Shown: positions 21,448 to 33,211, numbered from the stretch's first letter. The stretch: 64,000 nucleotides of DNA from Paramoeba atlantica (GCA_977017575.1 CDRNVI010000030.1:1054001-1118000), one strand, 5' to 3'. Notes: generated by a model not told the origin, from the letters alone. A program made the numbers and translations.

Positions 21448-22764
21448 TCACGTGCATATTGCGGGCGTTCGTAAGGTAATCACATAGTTGCAAACTGAAG
21501 GCTCTGATATATCCGATATTTCGGTTGTATTTCCACACACTGCACGCACGACAGTATGTCGCATAGGTCCGGACCAGCAGCTATCACCGTGTTCATACCA
21601 CATTGTTGAAAAGTCTCGCTGATACTCCTCATCTTCTTCAGCTGTACCGGCTTCACCAAAGTCAGTCCACCGACCAAGAGATATTCCGCGATCTGGCCTG
21701 TCGGGATTTTCCTGTGTGACATCGTGAAACATACAGAGTGTGTGGTTCAATCCCTTGTGAATCTTGAAGTAGCATTTTCCGTGAAGTGGGAGAAACGCAT
21801 CCTGCTCACCGAAAGGAGTGCCAAGTTCCCGTTGCAGCGTCTCAACCTCACGTTGAGTTGCCCACTTTTCGCGTAGTTGCGACTGATAGATTTCTCTAGC
21901 TACCTTGGCCTCTGGACGCTCGTATTTCGGTTTAGAATCGTACCCATAGTCATCTATTTCATCATAAATGTTGATATCATCTTTATCTCTATATCTTCTA
22001 TGCCTATCAGGAGAAATCTGGTCTTGCAAGTCATGAATGTATTCTTCATGGAAAGATGCCGCATCATGCTCCCAATCCCCAGAGACGCTTGCGTTTCTTT
22101 TTTTGCTTTCTTCCAAGGCTTCCCTTTCTTTGTCCTCCAGCATTTCCTGTTCTTTCTTTTTCATTTCGAATTCTTCAAGCTCACGCTGTTTAACGGTGTA
22201 CCGTTCTTTCGCTGCCTCAAGCTCTATCTTGCGTTCCTTCCGAATTTGCAAGGCACGCTCTATTAAGTCTCGTTTCTGTTGTAGTCCTTGACGACGGACG
22301 TCAGTCTCCTGTTGCTCTTGCGCTGCCTGAGCTGCAGCTAAAGCTGCACAATTTCGAGGACAGAACCCTTCTTGCTCATCGGAGCCGTCGCAGCAATCAC
22401 ACACACCGTCATCCACATGACTGCGAAAGATCCATTTCGCGATGTGACCCTCATTGGGACAATAGAATTCCTTTTCTGCTGCATTTACGTGACTGCATGC
22501 CGAGGTCCCAGGTTCGTCCGTTCCATCCTCACAGTCACAGTAATAATCGTTGACGTTTTGTATTGCAATGGATGTACCGTCCCCGCACAGGAAGCTTGGT
22601 CCCGAATATAAATGTCTGCGCTCGGGTGAAACTCCACGAGTTGTAGAACATTTCAAAGGAACGGGGGAGAAGACCAGAAGAGCTACAGCAAGGCAATAAA
22701 CGAAGTTCATGAGAGGAACACCTTCAGAATCGTTATTGTGCACGCATGTTCCACTTAAAGACAA
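21448..22764 (-). CDS. PRKCSH: Glucosidase II beta subunit (PRKCSH-like)
   Basis: Signal-like N-terminus; NDYYCDCEDGTDEPGTSAC; VDDGVCDCCDGSDE; coiled coil; C-terminal MRH domain (YEHGDSCWSGPMR...EPSVCNY). Likely start is at 22712. Confidence 0.92.
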   Translation of the reverse strand: MSLSGTCVHNNDSEGVPLMNFVYCLAVALLVFSPVPLKCSTTRGVSPERRHLYSGPSFLCGDGTSIAIQNVNDYYCDCEDGTDEPGTSACSHVNAAEKEFYCPNEGHIAKWIFRSHVDDGVCDCCDGSDEQEGFCPRNCAALAAAQAAQEQQETDVRRQGLQQKRDLIERALQIRKERKIELEAAKERYTVKQRELEEFEMKKKEQEMLEDKEREALEESKKRNASVSGDWEHDAASFHEEYIHDLQDQISPDRHRRYRDKDDINIYDEIDDYGYDSKPKYERPEAKVAREIYQSQLREKWATQREVETLQRELGTPFGEQDAFLPLHGKCYFKIHKGLNHTLCMFHDVTQENPDRPDRGISLGRWTDFGEAGTAEEDEEYQRDFSTMWYEHGDSCWSGPMRHTVVRAVCGNTTEISDISEPSVCNYVITLRTPAICT

Positions 22765-23072
22765 TTCGTACTAAAGCCAATCTTGTTTTGACGCATTAAT
22801 CTCCGAGGTAATACTATCACGTGTCCGTTTTCTACGATTTTAACAAACCATGTGCATCATGCACACCCTCCGATATAGATCACTAAAGACTGATTAAACA
22901 AATGGAACCCATCAAAATCATATATCTTCTATGGTTTCATCATATGAATCAATTCCAATAGGATCAACACCAGTATATCAAAATAAAAAACTCGGCTTTC
23001 TCTTCCTTTAAAACGTATTGACCCTCTATAAACAAACCTACCCCAGCACCCCCATCCTCCCTCCCTACTTAC

Positions 23073-24176
23073 CTACGTGGACAGCGGCATCAGCGGCCCC
23101 GCCTGCTGCTGGTGCAGCTGCGTCACAAAGGGGTCCCCGATATTCAGCAAAAGCTGATACAGCCACTTCCGCATGTTCACGTCCTCGTTTAGAAACTTAC
23201 TAAACGTGGTGTCCCGCAGCGGGGCGGGGAGCTGCTGCTGCAGCACCTCCCGGGCCTGGGGGTGGTCCGAGAGCCGCAGGTAGCACCGTATGATGTGGCG
23301 CAGCAGGCGGGCGGTGGGGGCGTCCGCGACCATGGTGCGGAGGGTGTTGCTGACGGCGGTGAACCGCTCGGGGGTGGCGCAGACGTACCGGAGCCCGTGG
23401 TCGGGCTGGATCATCTTCTGGAGGACGAAGGTGGCGACGGTGCGGGTGAGCTCGACGCCGCGGTCCATGGTCTTGAGGCAGAGCGGGATGAGGTCGGTGG
23501 CGAGGAGGAAGCGGATGACCTCGGGCTCGTCGGACTTCACGAGGGCGCCGAGGACGCCGAGGCTGGTGAGGCGGAGGTAGTCGAGGGCGCGGGCGGGGTG
23601 GGTGGTGGAGAGGAGGGGGTAGAGCAGCAGGGGGAGGTGGGTGCGGAGGAGGGGGGGGCGGGTGTCGGGGTGGGAGGCGACGCACTGGAGCAGGGCGAGC
23701 GCGTTGCAGACGCGGTTGGAGGCGGCGGGGGGGAGGTCGGGGGGGGTGGTGAGGAGGCGGGGGTAGACCGCGGTGAGCTCCTGGAGGAGGAGCGCGATGA
23801 CCGCGGTGGCGTGCCAGAGGGTGAGGGCGAGGTCGGGGTGGCGCTCGCGGACTTTGGAGAGTTCGTAGAGGGCGGATTCGCGGGTCTGTGGCTCGAGGAG
23901 TTGGCTGACGAGGGACCAGATTTTGGGGTCTTCGCAGGAGGAGGGAGGGGGAAGGGGAGGGGGTGGGGGTGGGGGGAGAGGACCGTGGGAGGGGGTCACG
24001 GGGGTGGGGGAGGGGTTGAGTCCGGAGAGGGGACTGACCCGGGGGACGGGGGTAGGGGGGAGAGGGGGGTGGGGAAGGGGGTGGGTGCTGGTGGGGGGAG
24101 GGTAGGGAGGACCGGGTGGGACCCCGCGGGGGTGGGGAGGAGGGGCGTGGAAAGGAGAGGTGCCGAACTGGCTCAT
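23073..24176 (-). CDS. CNOT9: CCR4-NOT subunit 9 (Rcd1/Caf40)
   Basis: RESALYELSKVRE, SNRVCNALALLQCVASH, YLRLTSLGVLGALVK, VATFVLQK and LRHIIRCYLRLSD are canonical Rcd1 motifs, preceded by a Pro-rich N-terminus. Confidence 0.96.
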   Translation of the reverse strand: MSQFGTSPFHAPPPHPRGVPPGPPYPPPTSTHPLPHPPLPPTPVPRVSPLSGLNPSPTPVTPSHGPLPPPPPPPLPPPSSCEDPKIWSLVSQLLEPQTRESALYELSKVRERHPDLALTLWHATAVIALLLQELTAVYPRLLTTPPDLPPAASNRVCNALALLQCVASHPDTRPPLLRTHLPLLLYPLLSTTHPARALDYLRLTSLGVLGALVKSDEPEVIRFLLATDLIPLCLKTMDRGVELTRTVATFVLQKMIQPDHGLRYVCATPERFTAVSNTLRTMVADAPTARLLRHIIRCYLRLSDHPQAREVLQQQLPAPLRDTTFSKFLNEDVNMRKWLYQLLLNIGDPFVTQLHQQQAGPLMPLST

Positions 24177-24447
24177 GGAGATGCGAGTCGGTGGGTGATG
24201 TAGTAAGAAAATCCGATGGAAAGAAAGAGAGATAGAGGTAAAGATATAGGGGTAAAGAAGTGAGACTGCGAAACGATTATTTTTGAGAGTATAATGAGTG
24301 CGAAAAATAGTTTTTATCTCTTATATCTTGAGAGAGAACTTCATGCCCAATACAGCCTGACGGTATAAAAGCAGGATCATGTAACGATAGAAAAAAATAG
24401 AATCGTAGAATAGACCGCCCCATATATTATTTATCACCTGATTTCCC

Positions 24448-25419
24448 TCATGTACGCACATGCTTTCGAATGCCTCTCTCGACGCAGGGGCATACGAGAA
24501 AATTATTTTGGGCGTTCAATGGGGCATTCTTCTTCGCCTCGGTGTGTCCTGAGGAGACGCGATTCCACGCGTAGCGCCCATTGTCCACCTCACGCACTAC
24601 CATCATGGAGGGGTGAGCCGTCTCTGTTGTAGAGTTCGAGTGGAACCAATTCTCGAGATCAACTGCGAGAGCTTTCATGTCGTCTGTGCCTTGTACGGCG
24701 CATACCTTCGTAGTGCCGTACGCCTCATCCCAATTAACTTCGGAACTAGCGTCGTGTAAGTCGTAGCAGCGCTGGTCATAAGAGCAAGGTTCGATACGAA
24801 CAGTTTCCCCAACGTGTCTGGGATATTTACCATCCAAAAGAGTTCTCCGTAGTGTAGGAAAAGCATCCAATGTGGCCAGTTCCCGCGCGTGAAGGGTCTC
24901 ATGCAGGCGAGCTGCGGGGCTAGCGCCTGTCTCAATAACTTCTTCAACGAGTCCAGGGCGTCGCAAGTCTTCGTATACATACTCCGGTCGAACGTACTCC
25001 GAAAGAGATTCTTTTGTGACCCTGACGTAAGAGTGGACAGTACATCGGCGTGCGTCAAGAATAGCATGAGACTGTAATGAGACCTCTGATGGCATTTCAG
25101 GGGACTCATTGGGCTTGGAACCGAGAAACATAAACGAGCGGTCGCAACGAAAGACTCGCGCAAAAAATGTCAATATGCGAGACAAAGTTTGCACACACGT
25201 GTTTCGAAAATGTTGAAAATCAGAGATTTTATGCCCTTCCAAATCTTCCTTTTCTTCCATTTTTTCGTACGAATCTCGCATATCAGAATCAGCCTCAGCA
25301 TTTTTGGGTGATACCTCTCGCTCTTCACCGTTCCCCATCTCATTCTGGGTAAAGCAATACCCCAGGAGCGTCATTATAAGCAGGGACGTTAACATCGCGT
25401 AGAGATTAAGGCAAGTCAA
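24448..25419 (-). CDS. Hypothetical protein with an N-terminal hydrophobic (signal/TM) segment
   Basis: 323-aa ORF on the gene strand; hydrophobic stretch LYAMLTSLLIMTLLGYCF. Confidence 0.65.
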   Translation of the reverse strand: MTCLNLYAMLTSLLIMTLLGYCFTQNEMGNGEEREVSPKNAEADSDMRDSYEKMEEKEDLEGHKISDFQHFRNTCVQTLSRILTFFARVFRCDRSFMFLGSKPNESPEMPSEVSLQSHAILDARRCTVHSYVRVTKESLSEYVRPEYVYEDLRRPGLVEEVIETGASPAARLHETLHARELATLDAFPTLRRTLLDGKYPRHVGETVRIEPCSYDQRCYDLHDASSEVNWDEAYGTTKVCAVQGTDDMKALAVDLENWFHSNSTTETAHPSMMVVREVDNGRYAWNRVSSGHTEAKKNAPLNAQNNFLVCPCVERGIRKHVRT

Positions 25420-25741
25420 AAAATATTTTTTACGCCAAATAAATCTCTAATGCCTAAAAATACTTTGCTTCTAAAATACTCAGATTAGTCCCTCAGATAT
25501 CAGTGTTAACCTTCAGAAGAGTAAATTTTTAAAAGTATACGTAATATGCTAGTTCAATACGGTCTAGTACTAGACGATTTTCAAAGTGAATCGTTTACTG
25601 TATCGTAAGCTGAGATTATGATCTTTTATATTAAAAATACAATTACTCCCGAGCATACGCTTGCCCAATTAATCAATACGCAATGATGTAAAAACTAAAA
25701 GACTCTTTTAAAAGGAGATTCTGAATTACAAATATCTGTTT

Positions 25742-28700
25742 CTATCCTGCGAAGCTACGATCAGAAATATGCGCCGCCTCTTCGTCTTCTGTATCGTCAT
25801 AAATCAGAGGTCCGATTGCACTGTTCACAGCATCTCGCACTTGCTTGGCTTCCATCTCAAGGCCTTTCTTGTGATGCTCGAAAGCAACATTTTTCGCCAG
25901 ATTTTGTTTGTTTTCTTTCTTACTTACGCTTCTCGGTGAGCCACAGAATGGACACGAAGTACTTGGAAGCGTACTTGCGGCGCGCTCGAACGTATCACAG
26001 AGCATCGGTAGTAAGCCGAACGTCCGGAGCTGGAGTCCCAGACTACGGCGTACCGGTTCATCCTCCTTGGAGGCTTTGCGAAACACTGAGAACAAGCCTC
26101 GAATATCAGGATAAAGTTCAATCGGTCGCGTTACCACTTCCACTGTTGCGTTCTCTTCTGAAACCTTAAAGAATGTATCTAAAGAGTACGGTGCCGCGGC
26201 ACGGTGCAGAAGTTCGAGCATTGCCCAACAGATATTTGCCCGCATACAAATCGCCAAAAGTGCGCCTGAGCGCACAAATGCTTGCAAATAGGTTTCATTA
26301 GCCGCACAACATTGTGAGACCAGTCGTGTCATGCAGCGCAAATGGGAGCAGTGTGTGTCAGTGTACAGGATGTGCGTAACCATCGCGATCATGTGGGAGT
26401 CCTGCATGAAGGAGCGTGTCAGATTCTCGTCTGTTTGCATCATGAAACGAAGGGGATCCACCGCCAAATGCCACTGGCGTCGTGTTGGGACATACCAACA
26501 GGCCAGATTTAGCAGAAGTAGATCTTCCGAATGAGCCACCTTGATCAAGGGTGTGTTGTGATACTTCGTCAACGTGAGCAAAGTCGAAAACAGCATGTTC
26601 GCGGCACGTCCTTCGGAAGCCGTAAGTGGAGCCACTCCTAACTGAAAAGGCGTATGACGCGGGAGGATAGAGAAAATTTGCTGTAGGATACCATACTTCA
26701 GGACACGTTGCACATGCCCGCACAGTAGTGCACGACACAAAATACCCGTTACGGCCTCGATACATTCCAGTTGGTTTTTCTGGGGGAGAGCATTGAAAAT
26801 ATATTGCACGCCATCTAATAAAACTTTGAAGTGCTCCCATTTAACGTCCTCCACCGTGTTCGTCTCACGAGGTGTTTCACTAGTGGCTGTGCGAGATTGT
26901 CGAGTACGGATCATGTAGTAAAGTAGCAGCATGAGCCACCAGATGGCATCGTACTGTCGACGCGAAACTAGCTTGGTACCTGTCGTTATGAACACGTCTA
27001 GCTCATCAAGACACAATCGACGATAAAGTTCAGCGAGATCACGCGGGTAGCATTGCCGTGAAAGTTCGGCAAAATCTCCACAACACCCTCTATAAATGAG
27101 AGGCCAGAGCCGAGTGTCGTTTTCCGCCATACAGCGAAAGTGCGCAGCAACCTTTGCAACAACGTAATTGGCGTTCTTCGGAGCAAAATAGCCTAAAATG
27201 CAGAGACAATCGCCAAGTAAATTTACATGCTTAATACTTCGATCTTGTAGCAGGTCCATAATCTTCTCAAAGATAAAGTCATATGAAGACGGTAATGGTC
27301 TGATGGACTGCGTTTCGTTTTCGGGGTGACTTTGATCCAAAATATAGAGAATACGACACGTGGCCTGAGCCATTACCTCGGGGTCAAATGCGGAACTGTC
27401 GAGAAATGTGACGCAAGTTCGAATCGCAGTTAGACTCGCTTGACTTACCAGCTGATTGCACCTACTCTTGACCAATTTACTACTCGGGTCTACCTCCAAC
27501 GCTCGTCGGTGAGCATCGCTTGCGGCATGCCATTTTCCGAGAAGTCGTAGACATTCACCAAGACAAAGATGAGCTCGAGCCCATTGTGGGGCGAGAACGA
27601 CGCAAGCAGTAGCATCTTCGTGGGCTTTCTTATGTTTCTCCAAGCGTAGATACGCAATGGCGCGATTATAGTACAGCGATGCTAACTGTGGCTCCGCCTG
27701 TATGCCGCTTGAATAACACTGTATACTGCGATTGTAATCGCCTGACTGAAAAGCCTCGTTTCCCTTGCGCTTCCATTCCGATGCAGTCGCAGGTTTGCTT
27801 TTCGACTTTCCTGTGGTCTCAATTTGTTCTTCAGAATCGGTAAGTGACAGATCAAGATTGCTCGATATTTCCGCATCTTCCACAGTGGTCTCTTCAGTGT
27901 CAATATGACAGGAGCATCCCTTCGAATCATGTCGTCCAGAAGACCACAATTCCATAGACGCAACAAGTTCATCGGTGACTGGTGACCTAAGAAGCCACTC
28001 CGTCTCGGCGCTCGTTAGATCCAGAGCTCGACGGCCTTGAGCGGAGGAACGTATACCTTTTTTGTTCCCTTTGTTTTTGCGAATATCAAGCATGACAGTC
28101 AGATCATCGCCGATGTCAAGACTGGGACGCGCTTTCTTAGTCTTTGTCTTACTCTCTTTTGTACCACAGAGTAGTTCTATCTGCTCGGCTGATGTGTCCT
28201 GTCGCGCATTTCGATCTGCGTTGCGTCCCTTGTCGGTCTGTGACACTGTCCGATTCGATTTCGTTTCAGATGTTTCGGTCTTTTTCTCCTTGCGCGCGGA
28301 TAAATCAGTAGCAATTGTTCCCTTTTCTTTCACTCCACTTGACGAGGAAACTTGCGTCTCATTCTTTGGTGAAAAAGTGGGTGTCTTTTTGCTTTTTTCT
28401 GGTTCGGGAATGTTGTCGATTTCCCCATTAATGTGAGTTCGCTTATTTATGTGAATGAATTGGGGAACGGACTCGTTATTGATTCCAATTATTTTTTCTA
28501 ATTCACCCTTCGACATGCCGAATTGCATAGCAAAGTAATCCATCCTCTTCTGTAGCCTACGCATAACTTTACAATGATACACTCCATGCTCTTCTCCACA
28601 ACATAAGCAATAATGAAATCCGGCTGTTCGGTGGCGCTCCTGCTGGTTACAATTATTCTCAGAATTGTTGTAATACAAGCAAGGGTAGCGGTGTGTATGC

Positions 28701-31700
28701 TTAATTTTTTGCCATCCTAGTTTGGGTGCTTTTGTGAAGCGCACCCAGTGAGCTGCAGTAAGAATTGCCCACAAATGTGGAATATTGCGGATAGTGGTTT
28801 TTTCCCAGTGTGTAACAAGAAGATCTTGGACACATTCGCGAACATCTCCATTCGATGTGAGATACCATAAGCTATTTAAATCCTCTTCATCTGCAACGTA
28901 CGATCGGTAAAACAGATCTCGAGAAATTTCTGTTGCGGTGGGATCCCGACTACCCGCAGTACTACGTACACTAGTTTTTGAAGTGGATACGTTAATCGTC
29001 TGCTGCGAGCCACTGGATGAACCATTCTCGTTGGATGCAGAAACATGGTTCGGCGTACTAGTGATAGAAGCTCGCTTCGGCGGTGGTGGTGTACGTAGAT
29101 GAATTGCATTCGGAAGTTTCGGAGTGCGTTGCATTCCAACGAACTGTGAAAGCTGGTGTTCTGATATAGACAGTACGCGGGACAGACTTTTTACGCGACG
29201 CGAAATCTCTCGCAACTCTGGGCAGGCGCATGCACCGTGATCTCGAAGTAGACAACAAAGGCAAAAGTGAAACCCCGCCTCTCGATGAGCAGTTACCTTC
29301 TTACACAAATTTTCCTTGGAGTTATAGTACAGACAAGGACTTGTTGAGTTCTTGTCAGAAGATTTCTGCCATACTAAGCCTCTTATTCCCGATCCGCGTG
29401 CTGACGCTAATAGGGCCCAAAAATAAGGCAATGTGAGTGCCGTACGAGACCAATGATTTGACCACATGTCCTCGGCGCTCGTTCGAACGGCACCTTCGCT
29501 ACACAAATGCCATACGTCACTTAAGTAGATGTCACTTACGATCCATTCTTTGAAGAATTCGTTTCTAGAAATACGGCCTTCGTCCATTTTGAGGTCTTTA
29601 ATACCGGTAACGGAGCTCACATCGTCTAGCAACCTAAGATTCGGATCGTCATCAGTTTTCTTAGTTGTCGGTAATTCAACTTTACCCGGAATAGTAAGCT
29701 CGTCTATGGGATCAGGCGAAAGTGATGCTTCTAGACCATCGGAGTTACCTATGATTGTTCTCATCGGAGATTTAATCGAAGTTTGCGGGTGTTTAACCGG
29801 AAGAACAATTATTTGAGGCGGAGTCAAACGTGTAAATCCCATGAACTTTTGAAGCACCTCAAGATCAACTTCTAGGGTAACAGCAAGCTCCCGAATTCGA
29901 GATTGTAAGCGCTGGAGTGCTAAGCAATTTGACGCTCCGTGTTCTTCAGCACCGCAGCACAAGCAAAAATGAAATCCAGCAGTACCGTGCTTAGCATTTT
30001 GCTTGCATCCGCCAACGGCATGATTATAAAACAAGCAAGGTGTGTGCTGTGTCCTTTTTGCGACATGCCAGACCAAAGACCGAGTAGACGTGTGGGCGGC
30101 ATTTCTACCCGAGCGACAACCGTGTGATGCTGCAAGAAGAGCCCAAAAAAAGGAAGCCGATACTGATATTTGAGCCCAGTGATTGTCAGAAAGGTCTATC
30201 GCACGGGTCCGGATAAGTTCCTGTGAACCCATGTACCATAAATCTCGCATAGTTTCATCTGAGCAGTCTACATAGGTTTGATAAAAATCCTTCTTTGTAA
30301 GCTGCAAACCTGTTTCAGAGCGAGAAAATGCTTTGCTAGGTGAGGTGGCGTGATCTCCCGGGCGTGTCCAAGGTACAGATTTGCGTAAACCGCTCTGTTG
30401 GGCTTCCACCTGGGGAGTAAGACGTTCGGGTGGTGAACGAACGTCATGAATGCTGATTATTTCCCGATCCGGGGTGAACGATGCTCGCTCGTTTGAAGGA
30501 ATGGGGGAGTCAGCTTCGAACGTTTGAAATTCGTTTAAAAATTGCATGGAGTCAAGCAAGGATCCTTGTATTGGGGTAGTCGTAGGCTCAGCAATCCGAA
30601 GCTTTTCAAAGACTGTATCTACACCCGAAGGATTCTCTAGATTCAGGGCATCTTCGGGCCCCGCATCTATATTAAATCCAAACATGGGACGACGCAGCAA
30701 AGAATTCGGCGATTCTGGTTCATCTTCAGTATTTTTTGAACGCATACTTTCTAGTAAAGGCTGCAGGACATTTGTTACGTCCTTTTGGAGAGAAGCTTCA
30801 TCGTGTTGCTCCAAATCTTGCGGATTCATCAACTTTGAAGCAATGGGGTCACTTATAGCCGCGTTTTTGAGACGAGCGCTGGCTTTCAAGCCTTGATGGG
30901 ATTCAAATGGTAGGACTGCATGTCCCTTATGAAATTTCTGTGTGTGTCCCCCGGTAGAACTGGAAGGTAGATTGGGGTGGTAAGGTGTGGCTAATGGGTT
31001 ATACATATTCGAGCGCATGCTGAAGTCGGAAGATCCGTGGGGTGCCGAAATGTTGCGGGGTATCATTTCCAAAGGGTTAGCTGGATGTCCCATGAACTGG
31101 CCGCCATCATGCATCGGTAATTCATTCATACCTGGAAGCGGTGGTGAAAATATGTCCTCATTGTACTGGGGGGGCATGGCCGGATTTGAGCCTTGTGGAT
31201 ATGAAGCCCACGGAGGTGGCATTAGATGGGAAACAGTATCACGAAACAGCCGTCGGAGTTGGGAAATAGTGAACGCTGGAGATTTCAAGCGATAAAAATT
31301 TCTCTCGAAGCAGTCATAGAGCCATATGACACCCGGCGTAGCCCAATATTCTTTATCAGTTGGAGTAATTTCTTCTACACTTTTGGGCTTGTACGTGGTC
31401 CCCGGTTTGGACAGTGACAAGGCGTGTTCTTCAAACAGAAACTTTGAGGAGTAAAATTCATAGAATTGAACTAGAATCTCAAGTGTTGAGCTTACTTCGC
31501 TTTGTAGCTGATAACTCAGTCGCAAAAGCTCCAGTTGCAACGAGAGCTTATGAAATTCATCTAATGCAACTTGCGGAGGAACGAATTGAACCAAATTCTT
31601 ACGCGTCTGACAAACAAAATATGTCCACATCTTCATGATAACTTCGGATCGTAAGCTTGACTTACGGCACGTGAAGAATTCCATTGAATGAGCGAGCTTT

Positions 31701-32275
31701 AAAAGAACTCGAGCGCCCAAGTAAATCATTGGATGTTGTGTGAAGTATAATCTGTGGAGAACAGCTTCAAACACATCTGTCCCACCGAACTTAAGATTAA
31801 AATTGATGTTCGTGTATCTACTCGTTTGATCTACCCGAGAGGGATGCATGCCTTTGGCACGGTACTGAATGCAGTCGTTCCTTTGACTCTCGGTGCCGCG
31901 ACAAAGTAAAATCGTTCCTTTCTCTGAGAGAGACAAAGTAGAAAAATACCGACTAAACTGTACCGCATCGATTTCTGCTGACATTCGTAGCCTAGATTTA
32001 GATCCCATTTGAGATGCCAATGTTTGATCTTCCGGGGATAATGCCGTTAGTTCAAGTGGAGAAGTTGGATCCCAATATCCAAGAGCTAGAGATTGACCTG
32101 AAATGTACACGTTGCGCCGAACTGAGAGACCCGCATTTTTCACATGAGCTTGGATGTCATCTTTCACTTCACATGCCATTTTCCATATCGCAGCGACTGA
32201 TGAAAGTTTGGCTACTGTGAGAATGGTTTTGTGAAGTCGCTCTCGCTGGCTCCCGTCCAACACATAAGGTTGCAT
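25742..32275 (-). CDS. 2177-aa protein: three copies of an unrecognised Cys/His-rich module, three TPRs and a helical C-terminus
   Basis: Uninterrupted ORF. TPRs ASEWKRKGNEAFQSGDY...YYNRAIAYL...ALEVDP at ~27480-27790. Modules at ~29835-30290, ~29135-29575 and ~28480-28925. Confidence 0.9.
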   Translation of the reverse strand: MQPYVLDGSQRERLHKTILTVAKLSSVAAIWKMACEVKDDIQAHVKNAGLSVRRNVYISGQSLALGYWDPTSPLELTALSPEDQTLASQMGSKSRLRMSAEIDAVQFSRYFSTLSLSEKGTILLCRGTESQRNDCIQYRAKGMHPSRVDQTSRYTNINFNLKFGGTDVFEAVLHRLYFTQHPMIYLGARVLLKLAHSMEFFTCRKSSLRSEVIMKMWTYFVCQTRKNLVQFVPPQVALDEFHKLSLQLELLRLSYQLQSEVSSTLEILVQFYEFYSSKFLFEEHALSLSKPGTTYKPKSVEEITPTDKEYWATPGVIWLYDCFERNFYRLKSPAFTISQLRRLFRDTVSHLMPPPWASYPQGSNPAMPPQYNEDIFSPPLPGMNELPMHDGGQFMGHPANPLEMIPRNISAPHGSSDFSMRSNMYNPLATPYHPNLPSSSTGGHTQKFHKGHAVLPFESHQGLKASARLKNAAISDPIASKLMNPQDLEQHDEASLQKDVTNVLQPLLESMRSKNTEDEPESPNSLLRRPMFGFNIDAGPEDALNLENPSGVDTVFEKLRIAEPTTTPIQGSLLDSMQFLNEFQTFEADSPIPSNERASFTPDREIISIHDVRSPPERLTPQVEAQQSGLRKSVPWTRPGDHATSPSKAFSRSETGLQLTKKDFYQTYVDCSDETMRDLWYMGSQELIRTRAIDLSDNHWAQISVSASFFWALLAASHGCRSGRNAAHTSTRSLVWHVAKRTQHTPCLFYNHAVGGCKQNAKHGTAGFHFCLCCGAEEHGASNCLALQRLQSRIRELAVTLEVDLEVLQKFMGFTRLTPPQIIVLPVKHPQTSIKSPMRTIIGNSDGLEASLSPDPIDELTIPGKVELPTTKKTDDDPNLRLLDDVSSVTGIKDLKMDEGRISRNEFFKEWIVSDIYLSDVWHLCSEGAVRTSAEDMWSNHWSRTALTLPYFWALLASARGSGIRGLVWQKSSDKNSTSPCLYYNSKENLCKKVTAHREAGFHFCLCCLLRDHGACACPELREISRRVKSLSRVLSISEHQLSQFVGMQRTPKLPNAIHLRTPPPPKRASITSTPNHVSASNENGSSSGSQQTINVSTSKTSVRSTAGSRDPTATEISRDLFYRSYVADEEDLNSLWYLTSNGDVRECVQDLLVTHWEKTTIRNIPHLWAILTAAHWVRFTKAPKLGWQKIKHTHRYPCLYYNNSENNCNQQERHRTAGFHYCLCCGEEHGVYHCKVMRRLQKRMDYFAMQFGMSKGELEKIIGINNESVPQFIHINKRTHINGEIDNIPEPEKSKKTPTFSPKNETQVSSSSGVKEKGTIATDLSARKEKKTETSETKSNRTVSQTDKGRNADRNARQDTSAEQIELLCGTKESKTKTKKARPSLDIGDDLTVMLDIRKNKGNKKGIRSSAQGRRALDLTSAETEWLLRSPVTDELVASMELWSSGRHDSKGCSCHIDTEETTVEDAEISSNLDLSLTDSEEQIETTGKSKSKPATASEWKRKGNEAFQSGDYNRSIQCYSSGIQAEPQLASLYYNRAIAYLRLEKHKKAHEDATACVVLAPQWARAHLCLGECLRLLGKWHAASDAHRRALEVDPSSKLVKSRCNQLVSQASLTAIRTCVTFLDSSAFDPEVMAQATCRILYILDQSHPENETQSIRPLPSSYDFIFEKIMDLLQDRSIKHVNLLGDCLCILGYFAPKNANYVVAKVAAHFRCMAENDTRLWPLIYRGCCGDFAELSRQCYPRDLAELYRRLCLDELDVFITTGTKLVSRRQYDAIWWLMLLLYYMIRTRQSRTATSETPRETNTVEDVKWEHFKVLLDGVQYIFNALPQKNQLECIEAVTGILCRALLCGHVQRVLKYGILQQIFSILPRHTPFQLGVAPLTASEGRAANMLFSTLLTLTKYHNTPLIKVAHSEDLLLLNLACWYVPTRRQWHLAVDPLRFMMQTDENLTRSFMQDSHMIAMVTHILYTDTHCSHLRCMTRLVSQCCAANETYLQAFVRSGALLAICMRANICWAMLELLHRAAAPYSLDTFFKVSEENATVEVVTRPIELYPDIRGLFSVFRKASKEDEPVRRSLGLQLRTFGLLPMLCDTFERAASTLPSTSCPFCGSPRSVSKKENKQNLAKNVAFEHHKKGLEMEAKQVRDAVNSAIGPLIYDDTEDEEAAHISDRSFAG

Positions 32276-33211
32276 TAGCTTGACGTTACTTGGACACTAC
32301 GTCAAAAAGGAAATAACAAACAACCTAAATTGAAATGAAATATGTTGTGTACGACAAATTAGCTACTCTACTGAGTACGTTATTCACATTCAAAAAAGAA
32401 ACAGATGAAGTGGTTTAAGTTTACGCTCTAATACGTTGAAAATGTATTCACCCTGTGGTGTACATTTGTCAATGAAGTAAATTACCGGAGCAGGATGGAG
32501 CTATTATTGCCTTCACTATTATGTAATTAATTCAATTAATAAAATTGCTCTTTCAGCGGCTATCATTCACGTAAATACATCTGGACTATCGACACAGTAC
32601 TATAGTATCTGCATCGACTAGACAAAAGTGGTACACTATAATCATAAAAGGTTGAACCTAACCGAAGTTACACTCTCCTTCACCAGAAAAATATACAATA
32701 ACTTCTTTTCTCAAAAAATAAAATGTGTACGAAATCATACGTACATACATGTACGTAATATGCATGTACGTAGAATATATTTGTGCATTGGAGCAACGCT
32801 CTACGCCACTCCAGAGATAACTGAAATCCGATAGGAAAAAACTGAGAGACAGTGAATTCACAATGTGTTTAAATATTTCATATAAAACATTTACTTAAAA
32901 CAAGCAATGCCATTTTACGATCTACTCATTATTCCGGGAATAAATCAAATGCAATGGTTAGTATCAATATGTGCGGTGAGTAGAAAATATCCGCAGTGTT
33001 AATTTTGTTGACTTTACGCTGCAAAACGTAATTTTGTACTCCATTGGGAAAGATGATCCCCCCGGTTTCAATACAACATCTCTTCGTTAAGAGAACATAT
33101 TTCCATTTTACCTCTCTCTTTGTTCGTGTAGAAATCTTTTGAAGGAATAATACGGTATACTTTTGTATACCGTATACCCCCCAGCGTACAAGTAAAGTTT
33201 AAACAGCCGCA

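Noticed and set aside
23200-24203. Long alternative ORFs over CNOT9 (313 aa on +, 161 aa on -), and similar ones over the RRM gene, MCM4, the transporter and 467-851
   Set aside because: Shadows of very GC-rich third positions, which remove stops from other frames. They give low-complexity Gly/Val/Glu or Pro/Arg text with no motifs.
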